Assembly: GCA_963836185.1 (NCBI GenBank)
Contig: CAWIIQ010000001.1
Span: 1,344,001 to 1,408,000, forward strand
DNA length: 64,000 nucleotides
Direction: 5' to 3'
Source of the DNA: Candidatus Krumholzibacteriia bacterium
GTDB lineage: Bacteria; Krumholzibacteriota; Krumholzibacteriia; Krumholzibacteriales; Krumholzibacteriaceae
Below are positions 10,023 through 19,813 of this stretch, piece by piece (the stretch's first letter is position 1; the number at the start of each line of letters is the position of its first letter). A program made the translations under genes and the position numbers. The notes beneath the pieces are model-generated. The model had not been told where the DNA came from and ran no database searches. It saw only the letters and a list, made by a program, of their open reading frames with translations.

Positions 10023-10829
10023 TCATTGAGATTTCTTGCTCTCCTGCCAGAGCGCCTCCATCTCTTCGAGGGTCATCGCGCCGAGATTCCTGCCCATGGC
10101 AGCAGCCTTCGATTCCATGATGCCGAAGCGTTTAACGAACTTGTCCGTCGTCCTCTCGAGTGAGCTCTCGCAATCGACGTTGAGGGCTCTGGCCAGGTTG
10201 ACTACGGTGAACAGGATATCGCCGACCTCTTCGCGGACGTGCTTGCGGTCGCCGCTCTCCACGGCCTCGCGCAGCTCGTCGATCTCTTCATGCATCTTGT
10301 CGATGACGCCTTCGTGTCCGGTCCAGTCGAATCCCTCTCCTGCCGCTTTCTTTTGCATAGCGAAGGCTCTGCGAAGCGGAGGCAGCCCAGGCGACACCGA
10401 AGAGAGCAGGCTTTCGCCGCCTTTGTCGGATCTCTCCGCCTTCTTGATCCTTTCCCACTCGGCGAGACTTTCCTTTTCGCAGCCTGCGCTCGTTTCCCCG
10501 AACACGTGAGGATGGCGCCTCACAATTTTCTCGTGTACGGCCGCTGTGATCCCGGACAGCGTTGACTTTCTTTTCTCGAGCATAAGCTCGTGGATGAACA
10601 CGATAAGAAAGATGACGTCGCCGAGTTCCTCCTCGAGATGGTCAGCGTCGCCGGATCTCTCCGCCTGCAGCAGTTCATATGCCTCGTCTATCATATACGA
10701 GATCATCTCATCGAGGCTTCGCTCCCTGTCCCACGGGCAGCCGCCGGGGGACCTCAGGGTACGCAGGGTCTTCCTCAATGAGGCTATCTCGGCTGAAAAC
10801 CGGTCATCATCGATAATTTTGTCTTTCAT
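10023..10829 (-). CDS. mazG: Nucleoside triphosphate pyrophosphohydrolase MazG
   Basis: LRSPGGCPWDRE, EELGD, RRHPHVFG, GFDW, EEVGDILF. Confidence 0.95.
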   Translation of the reverse strand: MKDKIIDDDRFSAEIASLRKTLRTLRSPGGCPWDRERSLDEMISYMIDEAYELLQAERSGDADHLEEELGDVIFLIVFIHELMLEKRKSTLSGITAAVHEKIVRRHPHVFGETSAGCEKESLAEWERIKKAERSDKGGESLLSSVSPGLPPLRRAFAMQKKAAGEGFDWTGHEGVIDKMHEEIDELREAVESGDRKHVREEVGDILFTVVNLARALNVDCESSLERTTDKFVKRFGIMESKAAAMGRNLGAMTLEEMEALWQESKKSQ

Positions 10830-10920
10830 AGTATTAAAATGATATCCGATATTGAACGGCGGCGCAATTCCTGATAAAGTAAGAGATTACTTTAATGGCC
10901 CGTTTATGGAGGCGGACCCG

Positions 10921-13704
10921 ATGCAGAAACTCGTTATCCGGGGCGCGCGTGAACACAACCTCAGGGACATAGATCTCGAGCTTCCGCACAGGAAGATAAT
11001 CGCTGTTACCGGGGTTTCCGGGTCGGGTAAGTCATCCCTTGCATTCGACACGATATTCGCAGAGGGCCAGCGGAGGTATATCGAGTCGCTCTCCACATAT
11101 GCCAGGCAGTTCATCGAGAAGCTGAGCCGGCCGGACCTTGACATCATCGAGGGGATCAGCCCCACCATCGCGATAAAGCAGAAGAATACCGTAACGACGG
11201 CGAGATCTACGGTCGGCACCGCTACTGAGATCTACGACTACCTTCGCCTGATGTACGCGAGGGCGGGAAGGACCCACTGTCCCGACTGCGGTGTCGAAGT
11301 GAGGTCGTGGACGCCAACAGATGTCGCAAACGAGACCCTGAGTCTTTTCGAGGGAAAGCGGGTATACCTGCTCATACCGGGAGACGGTAACGGCAGCGAT
11401 GACTGGGAGACGAGAAAGAGCTATCTTCTGGCCCGCGGGTATACAAGGGTGGTTGCTGGAGAAGTGACGGCGAGGGTCGAGGAGTTCGATCCGAACGGTT
11501 CTGATACCTCGAGAATCGATATTCTCATAGACAGAGTAAAGGTCTCTGGATCGTCCCGTTCCAGGATAGCAGAGGGGGCTGAGACTGCTTACAGTGAGCA
11601 CGAGGGAATAGTAGACATACTGGAACCAGAGAGCGGTGAGAGGGTTCGTTTCAGCCTCGCTCCTTCCTGCGGCAGTTGCGGCCGGGTATTCGCTCAGCCG
11701 ACCCCTCATCTGTTTTCTTTCAACAGCCCGTACGGCGCATGTCCCGAATGCAAGGGATTCGGGGACCGCATGGAGTTTGCCGAGGAGATGATAATTCCGG
11801 ACGGCAGGAAAACGCTCAAGGAGAGGGCTGTCGATCCATGGGCGAGGGAGAGGTTCGAGTATTTTCACACGAAGATGATCAAGTTCTGCAGAAAGAAGAA
11901 GATACCTCTCGATATTCCCTGGAAGGATCTGCCGGAAGAGACGAGACATCTCCTGCTCGATGGCGAAGGAGATTACAGGGGAGTGATTCCCTTCCTCGAG
12001 AAGATGAAGGAGAAGAGTTACAAGAAGGGGCACAGGTTCTTTACCCGTAGGTATATGGGATACACGACCTGCCGTTCATGCAGGGGGTCGCGGCTCAGGG
12101 AGGAAGCGCGTTTCGTCTTTGTCGGGGGACTAGCGATAAGCGATCTCGCGGCTATGCCGCCGCGGGAGATAATGAAAGTCCTTGGAAACGCGGAGTTCAC
12201 GAAGAGGGAGAAGGCGATCGCCAGGGACATCCTCTCTGAGCTCGAATCGAGGCTGGGATTTCTTGTCGATGTCGGTCTCGGATACCTTACGCTCGACAGG
12301 CTGACCCGCACTCTTTCGGGAGGTGAAGCCCAGCGGATCAATCTCGCCAATTCACTCGGAGCTAATCTCGTCGATACCCTGTATGTGCTGGACGAACCTT
12401 CAGTGGGACTGCATGCCGCTGATAATAGCAGACTCATCGATGTGATGCGGCGGCTCAGGGACCTTGGGAACACCGTCATCGTTGTCGAACACGACCCCGA
12501 GATCATAAGGTCCGCGGATCACCTGCTCGACCTCGGCCCGGGGCCGGGTCGGGACGGGGGGCTGGTACTGTATAACGGACCTGTATCGGAGGCTGCCGCT
12601 GCTCCCTCGCTTACGCAGGAAGGTGAATCCGCGACACTAAAGTGGGTATTCGGCAATGACGGACGGGTCGAACTCAAGGACAGGGTACGCGAGCCTTCCG
12701 GTTCCATAGTCCTCGAGGGGGTATCGGAACACAACATGAAGGAGGCGAACGTCACTTTCCCGCTTGGAAATCTCGTGTGCGTAACGGGAGTCTCCGGGTC
12801 GGGGAAGAGCACATTGGTCGTAGATGTTCTCTACAGGCTTCTGGGCAGAAAACGGGCTCTCGGGGGGCATCCTGGGATCTCTGGATGGAAGCTCGACGGA
12901 AAACTCGACCGGGTTCTCCTTATAGACCAGTCGCCGATCGGCGCGACCCCCAGATCGAATCCGGTCACCTATATAAAGGGGTTCTCCTTTATCAGGGAGC
13001 TGTTTGCCATGCAGCGGAAATCCCTTGTCAGGGGGTACAAGGCGGGCAGGTTCAGCTTCAACAAGGCCGGGGGAAGATGCTCCAGGTGTGACGGGATGGG
13101 GTACAGGCGAGTCGAGATGCATTTCATGGCAGATGTCTTCGTGCCGTGCGATGAATGCGATGGAAAGAGATACAACCTCGACACCCTCGAGATACTGTAC
13201 AGGGGGAAATCGATATCGGACGTACTCGAGATGACCGTCGATGAGGCGATACTCTTTTTCGACGAGGTCCCGCTGCTGGGCGAGAAACTCTGGGTGCTTT
13301 CGAAGACAGGTCTGGGCTACCTGCGCCTGGGGCAGCCGTCGAATACCCTTTCCGGCGGAGAGGCGCAGAGGATCAAGATAGCTCGTGAACTTGCCGAATC
13401 AGGGGGACAGAACAATCTCTACATCATGGACGAGCCTACTACCGGTCTTCATGTGAGCGATGTCGACAGGCTGCTTTCCATACTCGACGACCTGGTAGAC
13501 GCGGGGCATTCGGTCATCACGATCGAGCACAATATGGATATGATAGCGAGATCCGACCACGTCATCGACCTCGGCCCGGGCGGCGGAGTCGACGGAGGGC
13601 GAGTTATAGCTTGTGGCGATCCTCATGCGATCGTAAAATCGAAAAAGTCCGTAACGGGCAGATATCTGGGTGATTACCTTTCGAAGTACGGGCGGGAGGC
13701 TTAG
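10921..13704 (+). CDS. uvrA: Excinuclease ABC subunit A
   Basis: IRGAREHNL, two Walker A motifs (GVSGSGKS), LSGGEAQRI twice, zinc fingers. Confidence 0.95.
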   Translation: MQKLVIRGAREHNLRDIDLELPHRKIIAVTGVSGSGKSSLAFDTIFAEGQRRYIESLSTYARQFIEKLSRPDLDIIEGISPTIAIKQKNTVTTARSTVGTATEIYDYLRLMYARAGRTHCPDCGVEVRSWTPTDVANETLSLFEGKRVYLLIPGDGNGSDDWETRKSYLLARGYTRVVAGEVTARVEEFDPNGSDTSRIDILIDRVKVSGSSRSRIAEGAETAYSEHEGIVDILEPESGERVRFSLAPSCGSCGRVFAQPTPHLFSFNSPYGACPECKGFGDRMEFAEEMIIPDGRKTLKERAVDPWARERFEYFHTKMIKFCRKKKIPLDIPWKDLPEETRHLLLDGEGDYRGVIPFLEKMKEKSYKKGHRFFTRRYMGYTTCRSCRGSRLREEARFVFVGGLAISDLAAMPPREIMKVLGNAEFTKREKAIARDILSELESRLGFLVDVGLGYLTLDRLTRTLSGGEAQRINLANSLGANLVDTLYVLDEPSVGLHAADNSRLIDVMRRLRDLGNTVIVVEHDPEIIRSADHLLDLGPGPGRDGGLVLYNGPVSEAAAAPSLTQEGESATLKWVFGNDGRVELKDRVREPSGSIVLEGVSEHNMKEANVTFPLGNLVCVTGVSGSGKSTLVVDVLYRLLGRKRALGGHPGISGWKLDGKLDRVLLIDQSPIGATPRSNPVTYIKGFSFIRELFAMQRKSLVRGYKAGRFSFNKAGGRCSRCDGMGYRRVEMHFMADVFVPCDECDGKRYNLDTLEILYRGKSISDVLEMTVDEAILFFDEVPLLGEKLWVLSKTGLGYLRLGQPSNTLSGGEAQRIKIARELAESGGQNNLYIMDEPTTGLHVSDVDRLLSILDDLVDAGHSVITIEHNMDMIARSDHVIDLGPGGGVDGGRVIACGDPHAIVKSKKSVTGRYLGDYLSKYGREA

Positions 13705-14689
13705 ATGAAGATCCTCGTAACAGGCGGAGCGGGATATATCGGCAGTGTGGTGACTGAGTTCCTGATCGATTCGGGTCACGAGGTCGTCATCATCGACAAC
13801 CTTTCGACCGGACACAGGGGGGCGCTTAATTCCGGAGCCGAATTTCATGAGGGCGATCTGCTCGACACAGGCTTCGTCGAAAAAGTGCTCACGGGGGGGG
13901 TGGAAGCCGTCTGTCATTTCGCCGCGTTTTCACAGGTAGGCGAATCTGTAGCTGATCCCCTGAAATATTATTCGAATAATGTCACAGGCGCCATATCTCT
14001 TCTCACCGCGATGAGGAATTCAGGTACGAGACATTTCCTCTTCTCGTCTACCGCCGCGGTCTACGGCGAACCGGAGGATGTGCCCATCACGGAGGATTCG
14101 GCGCTGATGCCCGTAAACGCCTATGGAAACACGAAGCTCGCTATCGAGAGGATGCTCGGCGACTGCGCGAAAGGGTGGGAACTGAGATCGCTCTCACTGA
14201 GGTATTTCAATGCCGCCGGCGCTTCGAAGGACCATGGAGAGGACCATCGCCCCGAGACCCATCTGATCCCCCTGCTGCTCGATGCCGCCATGGGAAGGCG
14301 GGGAGAACTTGTCGTATACGGTGATGATTATCCCACAAGAGACGGCACATGTATCAGGGATTATATACATGTCAAGGATCTGGCGACCGCTCATGTCCTG
14401 GGGCTCGAGAAACTTCTCGAAGGATATTTCAGGTGCGCTCAACCTCGGCAACGGGACGGGATTCTCAGTCCTCGAGGTTATGGAGGCCGCATCCAGGGTG
14501 ACAGGTCTCGAGGTGCCGCACCGTATCGGCGGCCGGAGGCAGGGAGATCCGGCAACACTGGTCGCCTCTTCCTCGAGGGCCGAGGAAGTTCTCGGATGGA
14601 AGAGGGAGTATCCCGAAGTCGACCGGATAATCGACGATGCTTATCAATGGAGAAAGTCTTTCCCTGAGGGGTATCCGGCCTCTTCATAA
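13705..14689 (+). CDS. galE: UDP-glucose 4-epimerase (frameshift near 14425)
   Basis: LVTGGAGYIGS, SSTAAVYG, YGNTK, LRYFN, IRDYIHV; C-terminus (NLGNGTGFSVLEV, RRQGDP) continues in another frame. Confidence 0.9.
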
Positions 14690-14889
14690 ACAGTTGAAAA
14701 GATTACGGCTTATGGCCGGAATTCTACCAGCCTCTCATGCCCGTGCATCGCAGGTCCGGGAGGCCGCGGACATATCTTCAGATCGCGACAGGGCCGGCGA
14801 CACCATAACTCATTAAATAACAACCGTATAGGAGCCCCACCTCGAGGCCGGTGAAACTCTTGCTGTCCTGGTCATGTATCGGCATCCCA

Positions 14890-14904
14890 TGGCATATCAA
14901 TTGC
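14890..14904 (+). promoter_or_regulatory. sigma54 (-24/-12) promoter
   Basis: TGGCATATCAATTGC matches TGGCA-N6-TTGC with GG-N10-GC spacing, about 40 nt upstream of the kinase start. Confidence 0.7.
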
Positions 14905-14945
14905 CCTCTCAAGAAGTGAGACAGTGCGCTTTTTGAGAGGGAGAT

Positions 14946-17446
14946 ATGAGGACAGAGCAGATTACAGACCTTTTCAAAGCGGTCAGGGACAGGGGTCCGT
15001 CTACCGTTCGTTCTCTTGTTCAGGCGATCGACGGTCCACTGGGCAGGATGCTCGGAACGGCCGCGTGCGCCCTCGAGGTGTATCGCCCCGGGGCTCTGTA
15101 TCTCTCGCGGAGGATCGCCGGAATAGACGATAACGGGCTTGCCGCCCTGTTCGGGATCCGGCCGGGAAAGGTAGAGGACTGGACGGTCATCGATCCTGAC
15201 GGAGAGCGCCGCATAGGCCCCGCCTCTGGAATATCAGTCGCCAGCCTGCCCTTCTATTTTGAGGGTTCGGAAGCTGGAAGGCTCTACCTTCTCACTGGGC
15301 CGGGAGAACATGCTCCACTTGGAGAGGACTCGGCGGAGCTTCTCTCAGAAGCGATATCCACGATGATCCATCCGTGCATGATCAGGAGAAGCAGCGAGGG
15401 GAACTCGACCGGCGAGTCGCTCAGGGCCGAACTGTTGGAAGCGACAGGAGACGACGGACTGATGCGCGGACTGCTCGGCGGGATGACGGAGCATTCAGGC
15501 GCCGAATTCTGCGCTTACCTCTCAGGCAGAGGTGGAGGCACGCTTCACCTTATGGCACAGGGGAAAGAATATTCCGTGATGTTCTCCGAGATCAGGGAAA
15601 AGTTGAAGACCTCGCTTCGCATGTTCACCAACGGCGATGCTGGTGAATGGATAGAAAGAGAAAAAGTATATTACGCGGCCAACGGAAGCGGCGCTTCTCT
15701 TCCCGCGGGAGGAACCGGGATAGAGAGTTACTTCCTCGTACCGGTCACATCGGGAGCGAGAGTTGAGGGAGTCCTGTTCTTCGGCAGCGTGCGGAGGGAC
15801 GCTTTTGTAAGGGAGACGATATCCCGTTTCCGCGTTCTGGCAGGGGACAGTTCTCCGGCCGGGACAAACGACTGCGATGACGATACTGCTGGAGGGATGC
15901 TTGAACAGCTTCTCCTCTCGATACCGTACGGCGCGGCGATCGTCGATTCGGAAGGTACGATCAGCAGGGCAAACGAAGCGCTGCATGCGCATCTTCGGCG
16001 GCGGTGCGTTCGATCGCATCGAGGAGATAGGCGAACGCTCGGCTTTCGACATCAGGACAGCCTGGGACGAGTTTTCCAGGTTCGGACGGAACATCAATGA
16101 CAGGCAGATAGATTCATCCGCCGGTGACGGCAGGAGCATCTCCCTTTCGATGATCCGGATGGAAAGCATCGCCGGTGAGGCCAGATCGGTCATCGTCGTC
16201 AGGGATACGACAGAATTCACCGGGATGGAGCAGAAAAGGGAAGAGGCGATGGCTGTGGTCGCCCATGAGATCAGAACTCCGATGACAGCGTTGAAGAACT
16301 CACTGAGCATCCTCAGCGATGCGGGAGCCGCCGGACATAATGTCATGGAAGATATCGACGGGCCGGGAAGGCGCTTCTTCGAGACAGCTCTGCGTACTGT
16401 CGACAGGCTCTCCGTACTTGTAGACGGGTTGCTCGACGCCTCGATGGTCAGGCGCAGCGGCAGCGATCCGAAGATCGAGAGGGTCGATGTGCAGGTCATT
16501 CCTGGAGGACTCATCACTCCTTTTCTCGAACTCGATGACAAAGAAGGAAATCACTTTTGGAATAGATGTAAACGTGAAGGCGAGGGATGCCTTCATAGAC
16601 CGGGGGATGATGGAGCAGGTGATACAGAATCTCCTGTCGAACTGCCTGAAGCATGTACCGGTGGGAGGGGAGGTCGGGATCAGCGTGAAGACGATGGACA
16701 AGGCGCCCGAATGGATCTCCGGCGTTCTTCCGCTCGAATATTCTGAGAAGCCGGGATACATGGTAATTACGATATCGGATTCCGGGCCGGGCATACCCGA
16801 CGAGGTCGCCCGCTCGATAAATGTCCCGTTTACCGCGGCACCCGCTTCGATAAAGCCTGCAAGTGGGATCGGTCTATATATCGCGGCGCGGCTGGTAAAA
16901 CTTCATGGAGGCAGGCTGATCATAGAGACCGGGGAGAACGGATCGACGATCGATATCTACCTGCCTTCCGACATACAGACGAGTGAGATGATGAGAGGGA
17001 TCATATCGATCCAGTCATCTGTCGAGTCGCTCGTATCGATAGGAGCCTCTCCGATCCTGTACGTGCTGACGAGAGACAATGGGCCGTGCTGGCTCGATGT
17101 CGCCGGAACGATGCGCAACAGGCCGGTGGTCAACCCGACACCCTCCGAAACGGGAAGATCGGGGATCTGTTTCTGGCCCATGGGCGAGAGGCTGGCATTT
17201 GTCATGACCGCAGAGAGAAAGTACAGGGAAAGTCCCATGTCACTCTTCGAGAACGGCATGGGCGGACTGAGGATATTGGAATGGAATCCCGGGGAAACCC
17301 CGGATGCCGGCTGGGCTGTCTGCCCGGACGACGGGAGGGACTACGCGTCCCTGCTGGAAGCTGCTCTGGAAAGAATGGAAGTTGGAGCGGGAGAACCGCT
17401 CCGGAAAGGAGAGAAGGAATGGACCGCTACAGGATCCTTATCGTAG
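14946..17446 (+). CDS. GAF/PAS sensor histidine kinase (frameshifts near 15990 and 16500)
   Basis: GAF-like segment, PAS-like, H-box VAHEIRTPM, N-box QNLLSNCLK, G1 ISDSGPGIP, G2 SGIGLYI, split across three frames. Confidence 0.75.
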
Positions 17447-17826
17447 AGGATGATGAGGATATCGTCGAAACGGTCAAGTATGCCCTCGAGCTGAGAGGTT
17501 TCGAGGTCGACGTGGCATATGACGGGCTTCATGCACTTCGCAAGGCGAGGAAGAACGAGTACGACCTGATGCTTCTCGACATCATGCTCCCGGGCAAGAA
17601 TGGATACGAAGTATCCAGGATGCTCAAGCAGGACATGGAAGAAGGAAAGCTATCCCCGTTCAAGATCCTTGTCCTGACGGCGAGGAAAGTCGACACTCCC
17701 GAGCGAGAAGATTTTCTCGCGACCTGGTCGAATGCCGATGAATACATGTACAAGCCGTTCGAGCTCGACGATCTTATCAACAGGATCAATATGCATCTGG
17801 CCGCGGAAACGGTCGAAGTTAACTGA
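17419..17826 (+). CDS. Single-domain response regulator (REC)
   Basis: ILIVEDD, LLDIMLPGKNG, LTA, YMYKPF; overlaps the kinase 3' end. Confidence 0.9.
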   Translation: MDRYRILIVEDDEDIVETVKYALELRGFEVDVAYDGLHALRKARKNEYDLMLLDIMLPGKNGYEVSRMLKQDMEEGKLSPFKILVLTARKVDTPEREDFLATWSNADEYMYKPFELDDLINRINMHLAAETVEVN

Positions 17827-17895
17827 GAGAACCCCGGAGGTGAGGCAGGCGGAGCGGCGGTATGCGCTGCCGGAACCGGAATGCCTGGAGACTCG

Positions 17896-18588
17896 ATGGC
17901 CAGCGAAACGGCAATAAGTATTGGCGGCGGGTGCGAATATATGGCGAGCCTTATAGACAGCTCGCCAGTGCCCATGATAGCGCTCGATACGAGCCTGCGG
18001 ATAATCATGTTCAACAGGGCGGCCCGTGATCTGACCGGGTTCGAAACTGAGGATGTGATGGGCTGCAGGATAAGTTCGCTCGTAGGATTCGCCGATACTC
18101 GCCGTATCATCAGGGATATGCGAGGCCGCAGCAAGTCATCAGTCGATCATATGGCGAGGTTCGGGAAGTGTGGTGGCGGGGAGGTGCCCGTGAGCCTGAA
18201 AGTGAGTCCGGTTACAGGCAAGGGAGGAGAGCTCGCCGGAGCTATAATACTTGCCACTGATATGACCGAACTGCGTGAACTCCAGTCAAAGATGCTGGAG
18301 GCGGAGAGGGTAACGGCGATAACCGAGACGGCGATAAGCGTAAATCACGAGATCAACAATCCGCTCTGCTCGATACTCGGCTACACCCAGTTGATACTGA
18401 TGGACCGGGAATCGCTCGATCCGGACGTCGTCAGAAAGCTTGAGAGCATCGAGAAACAGATAGTGCGGATACAGGAGATCGCCGACAGGCTTGGGCGCAT
18501 CAACAGGCCCGTTCTCAAGGAATATGTGGGGGGAAGCAGAATGCTCGACATGGAACATTCCTGCGTCGAGGAAGCGGACGACGAATAA
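17896..18588 (+). CDS. PAS + HisKA (DHp) protein lacking the HATPase domain
   Basis: PAS (FNRAARDLTGF..EDVMG), H-box NHEINNPL, stop codon soon after the DHp helices. Confidence 0.75.
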   Translation: MASETAISIGGGCEYMASLIDSSPVPMIALDTSLRIIMFNRAARDLTGFETEDVMGCRISSLVGFADTRRIIRDMRGRSKSSVDHMARFGKCGGGEVPVSLKVSPVTGKGGELAGAIILATDMTELRELQSKMLEAERVTAITETAISVNHEINNPLCSILGYTQLILMDRESLDPDVVRKLESIEKQIVRIQEIADRLGRINRPVLKEYVGGSRMLDMEHSCVEEADDE

Positions 18589-18630
18589 ATCGTTGACAAA
18601 AGCCCATAAATTAATAAGATTACCGTCCGT

Positions 18631-18706
18631 GGGAAGGTAGCTCAGTCGGTAGAGCAACGGATTGAAAATCCGTGTGTCGGGGGTTCAATTCCCTCCCTTC
18701 CCACCA
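18631..18706 (+). tRNA. tRNA-Phe (GAA)
   Basis: GGGAAGG/CCTTCCC acceptor stem, anticodon arm ACGGA-TTGAAAA-TCCGT, TTCAATT T-loop, encoded CCA; TTGACA promoter at 18593. Confidence 0.97.
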
Positions 18707-18716
18707 CCGATATACA

Positions 18717-18741
18717 GCCGGATCATCGATCCGGTTTTTTT
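18717..18741 (+). terminator. Terminator after tRNA-Phe
   Basis: GCCGGATC-ATC-GATCCGGT plus T-run. Confidence 0.7.
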
Positions 18742-18758
18742 GTGGAATACTTCGCCTG

Positions 18759-18803
18759 TATAAAGAAAGAGGCCGGACAGGGCGCCCGGCCTCTTTCTTT
18801 ATA
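18759..18803. terminator. Long inverted repeat, probably a bidirectional terminator
   Basis: TATAAAGAAAGAGGCCGG-N9-CCGGCCTCTTTCTTTATA, 18-bp perfect arms. Confidence 0.75.
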
Positions 18804-18838
18804 GCCGCTGGAGATATCAGCGGTCTCGGGAAGAATCG

Positions 18839-19402
18839 CTATCTGTTATACATTTCCTTGATAGCTCCCCAGCTAGTCTCCTCCGTCGCCGTACCGGCGC
18901 ATTCGGGGCTGCCGGGAGGGTAGTTCACGAAAATGCTCGTGTAGGTATAGGCAGCCTCGACCGGATACCCGGGAAGGCAGTTTGCAACACCGATCCTGCC
19001 CGTTTCAGCATGGTCCATGAGCCATATGGCCGTCTGACCGGGACCGGTCGCCATGATGCTGTAAACATCGAGCAGGACCCAGTCGGTGCGGCAGAGATAG
19101 AGGCTGTAGGAAATGCCGTCGAAAATGTCCCCCATGCTCAGACTGACGTACGGTCCGGGGGCTCTTCCTGTAAGGAAATAGGTCGGGGCAAAGTCTGAGA
19201 TACTGAATTCTGCACCCCTTAATCCGTTATCACTTGGCAGGCAGAAGACCCAGACGTTGAACTGGAACGGGATGTCGGTCGACTCGAGGCACCAGGAAGT
19301 CCGGGCTTCATCGGCGAAAAGACCGATGTAACCGTATTCGTATGCGGCTGCGGGTGTCGCCAGCATCGCTGCCAGGACGACGATCAGTAACAACGATCGC
19401 AT
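18839..19402 (-). CDS. Secreted protein with C-terminal TEETSWGAIKEMY tail
   Basis: Sec signal peptide (PAAA cleavage), GAAGGAGGG SD, C-terminal SWGAIK motif. Confidence 0.7.
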   Translation of the reverse strand: MRSLLLIVVLAAMLATPAAAYEYGYIGLFADEARTSWCLESTDIPFQFNVWVFCLPSDNGLRGAEFSISDFAPTYFLTGRAPGPYVSLSMGDIFDGISYSLYLCRTDWVLLDVYSIMATGPGQTAIWLMDHAETGRIGVANCLPGYPVEAAYTYTSIFVNYPPGSPECAGTATEETSWGAIKEMYNR

Positions 19403-19579
19403 AGTCCCCTCCTTCGAGGTTGTTGGTGAATATCCAAGCGGCGATATATTATCATATTATGGACACCTCTTCAACTTAATTCCAGAACGGTTCCAAATCC
19501 GGCCGGAGGATGAATTACTGTTGACAGTAAATAAATACTGGGCTTATCTTTGATAGTCACCAGGGACGGAAGGGCAAAT

Positions 19580-19777
19580 GTGGACGCAAAGACTATGGCC
19601 GCGATTGTCGCGGCTGTTCAAGCCTATATAGAACAGGAAGATACGGTGCCGGTCAGGGAGAAAGGGCACGTCCTGAGCCCGTGGAAGATGGGCGCGCGCA
19701 AGGAACAGCTTGGAAGACGCTCTCTCGCGGCCAGGGCAAATCCGCTCAAGACCCGGTTGAACCGGTTCTCCCTGTGA
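19580..19777 (+). CDS. Small carboxylase accessory subunit (OadG/MmdD C-terminal or AccE epsilon-like)
   Basis: AAIVAAVQAY...SPWKMGAR motif directly upstream of a biotin enzyme; TTGACA promoter at 19521. Confidence 0.55.
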   Translation: MDAKTMAAIVAAVQAYIEQEDTVPVREKGHVLSPWKMGARKEQLGRRSLAARANPLKTRLNRFSL

Positions 19778-19813
19778 TGATGGCTGCCTGAAAGAAAGGC
19801 TCACACAAACGAT

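Noticed and set aside
18631-19450. Genomic island integrated at tRNA-Phe (likewise at tRNA-Thr and selC)
   Set aside because: No integrase and no duplicated tRNA 3' end seen
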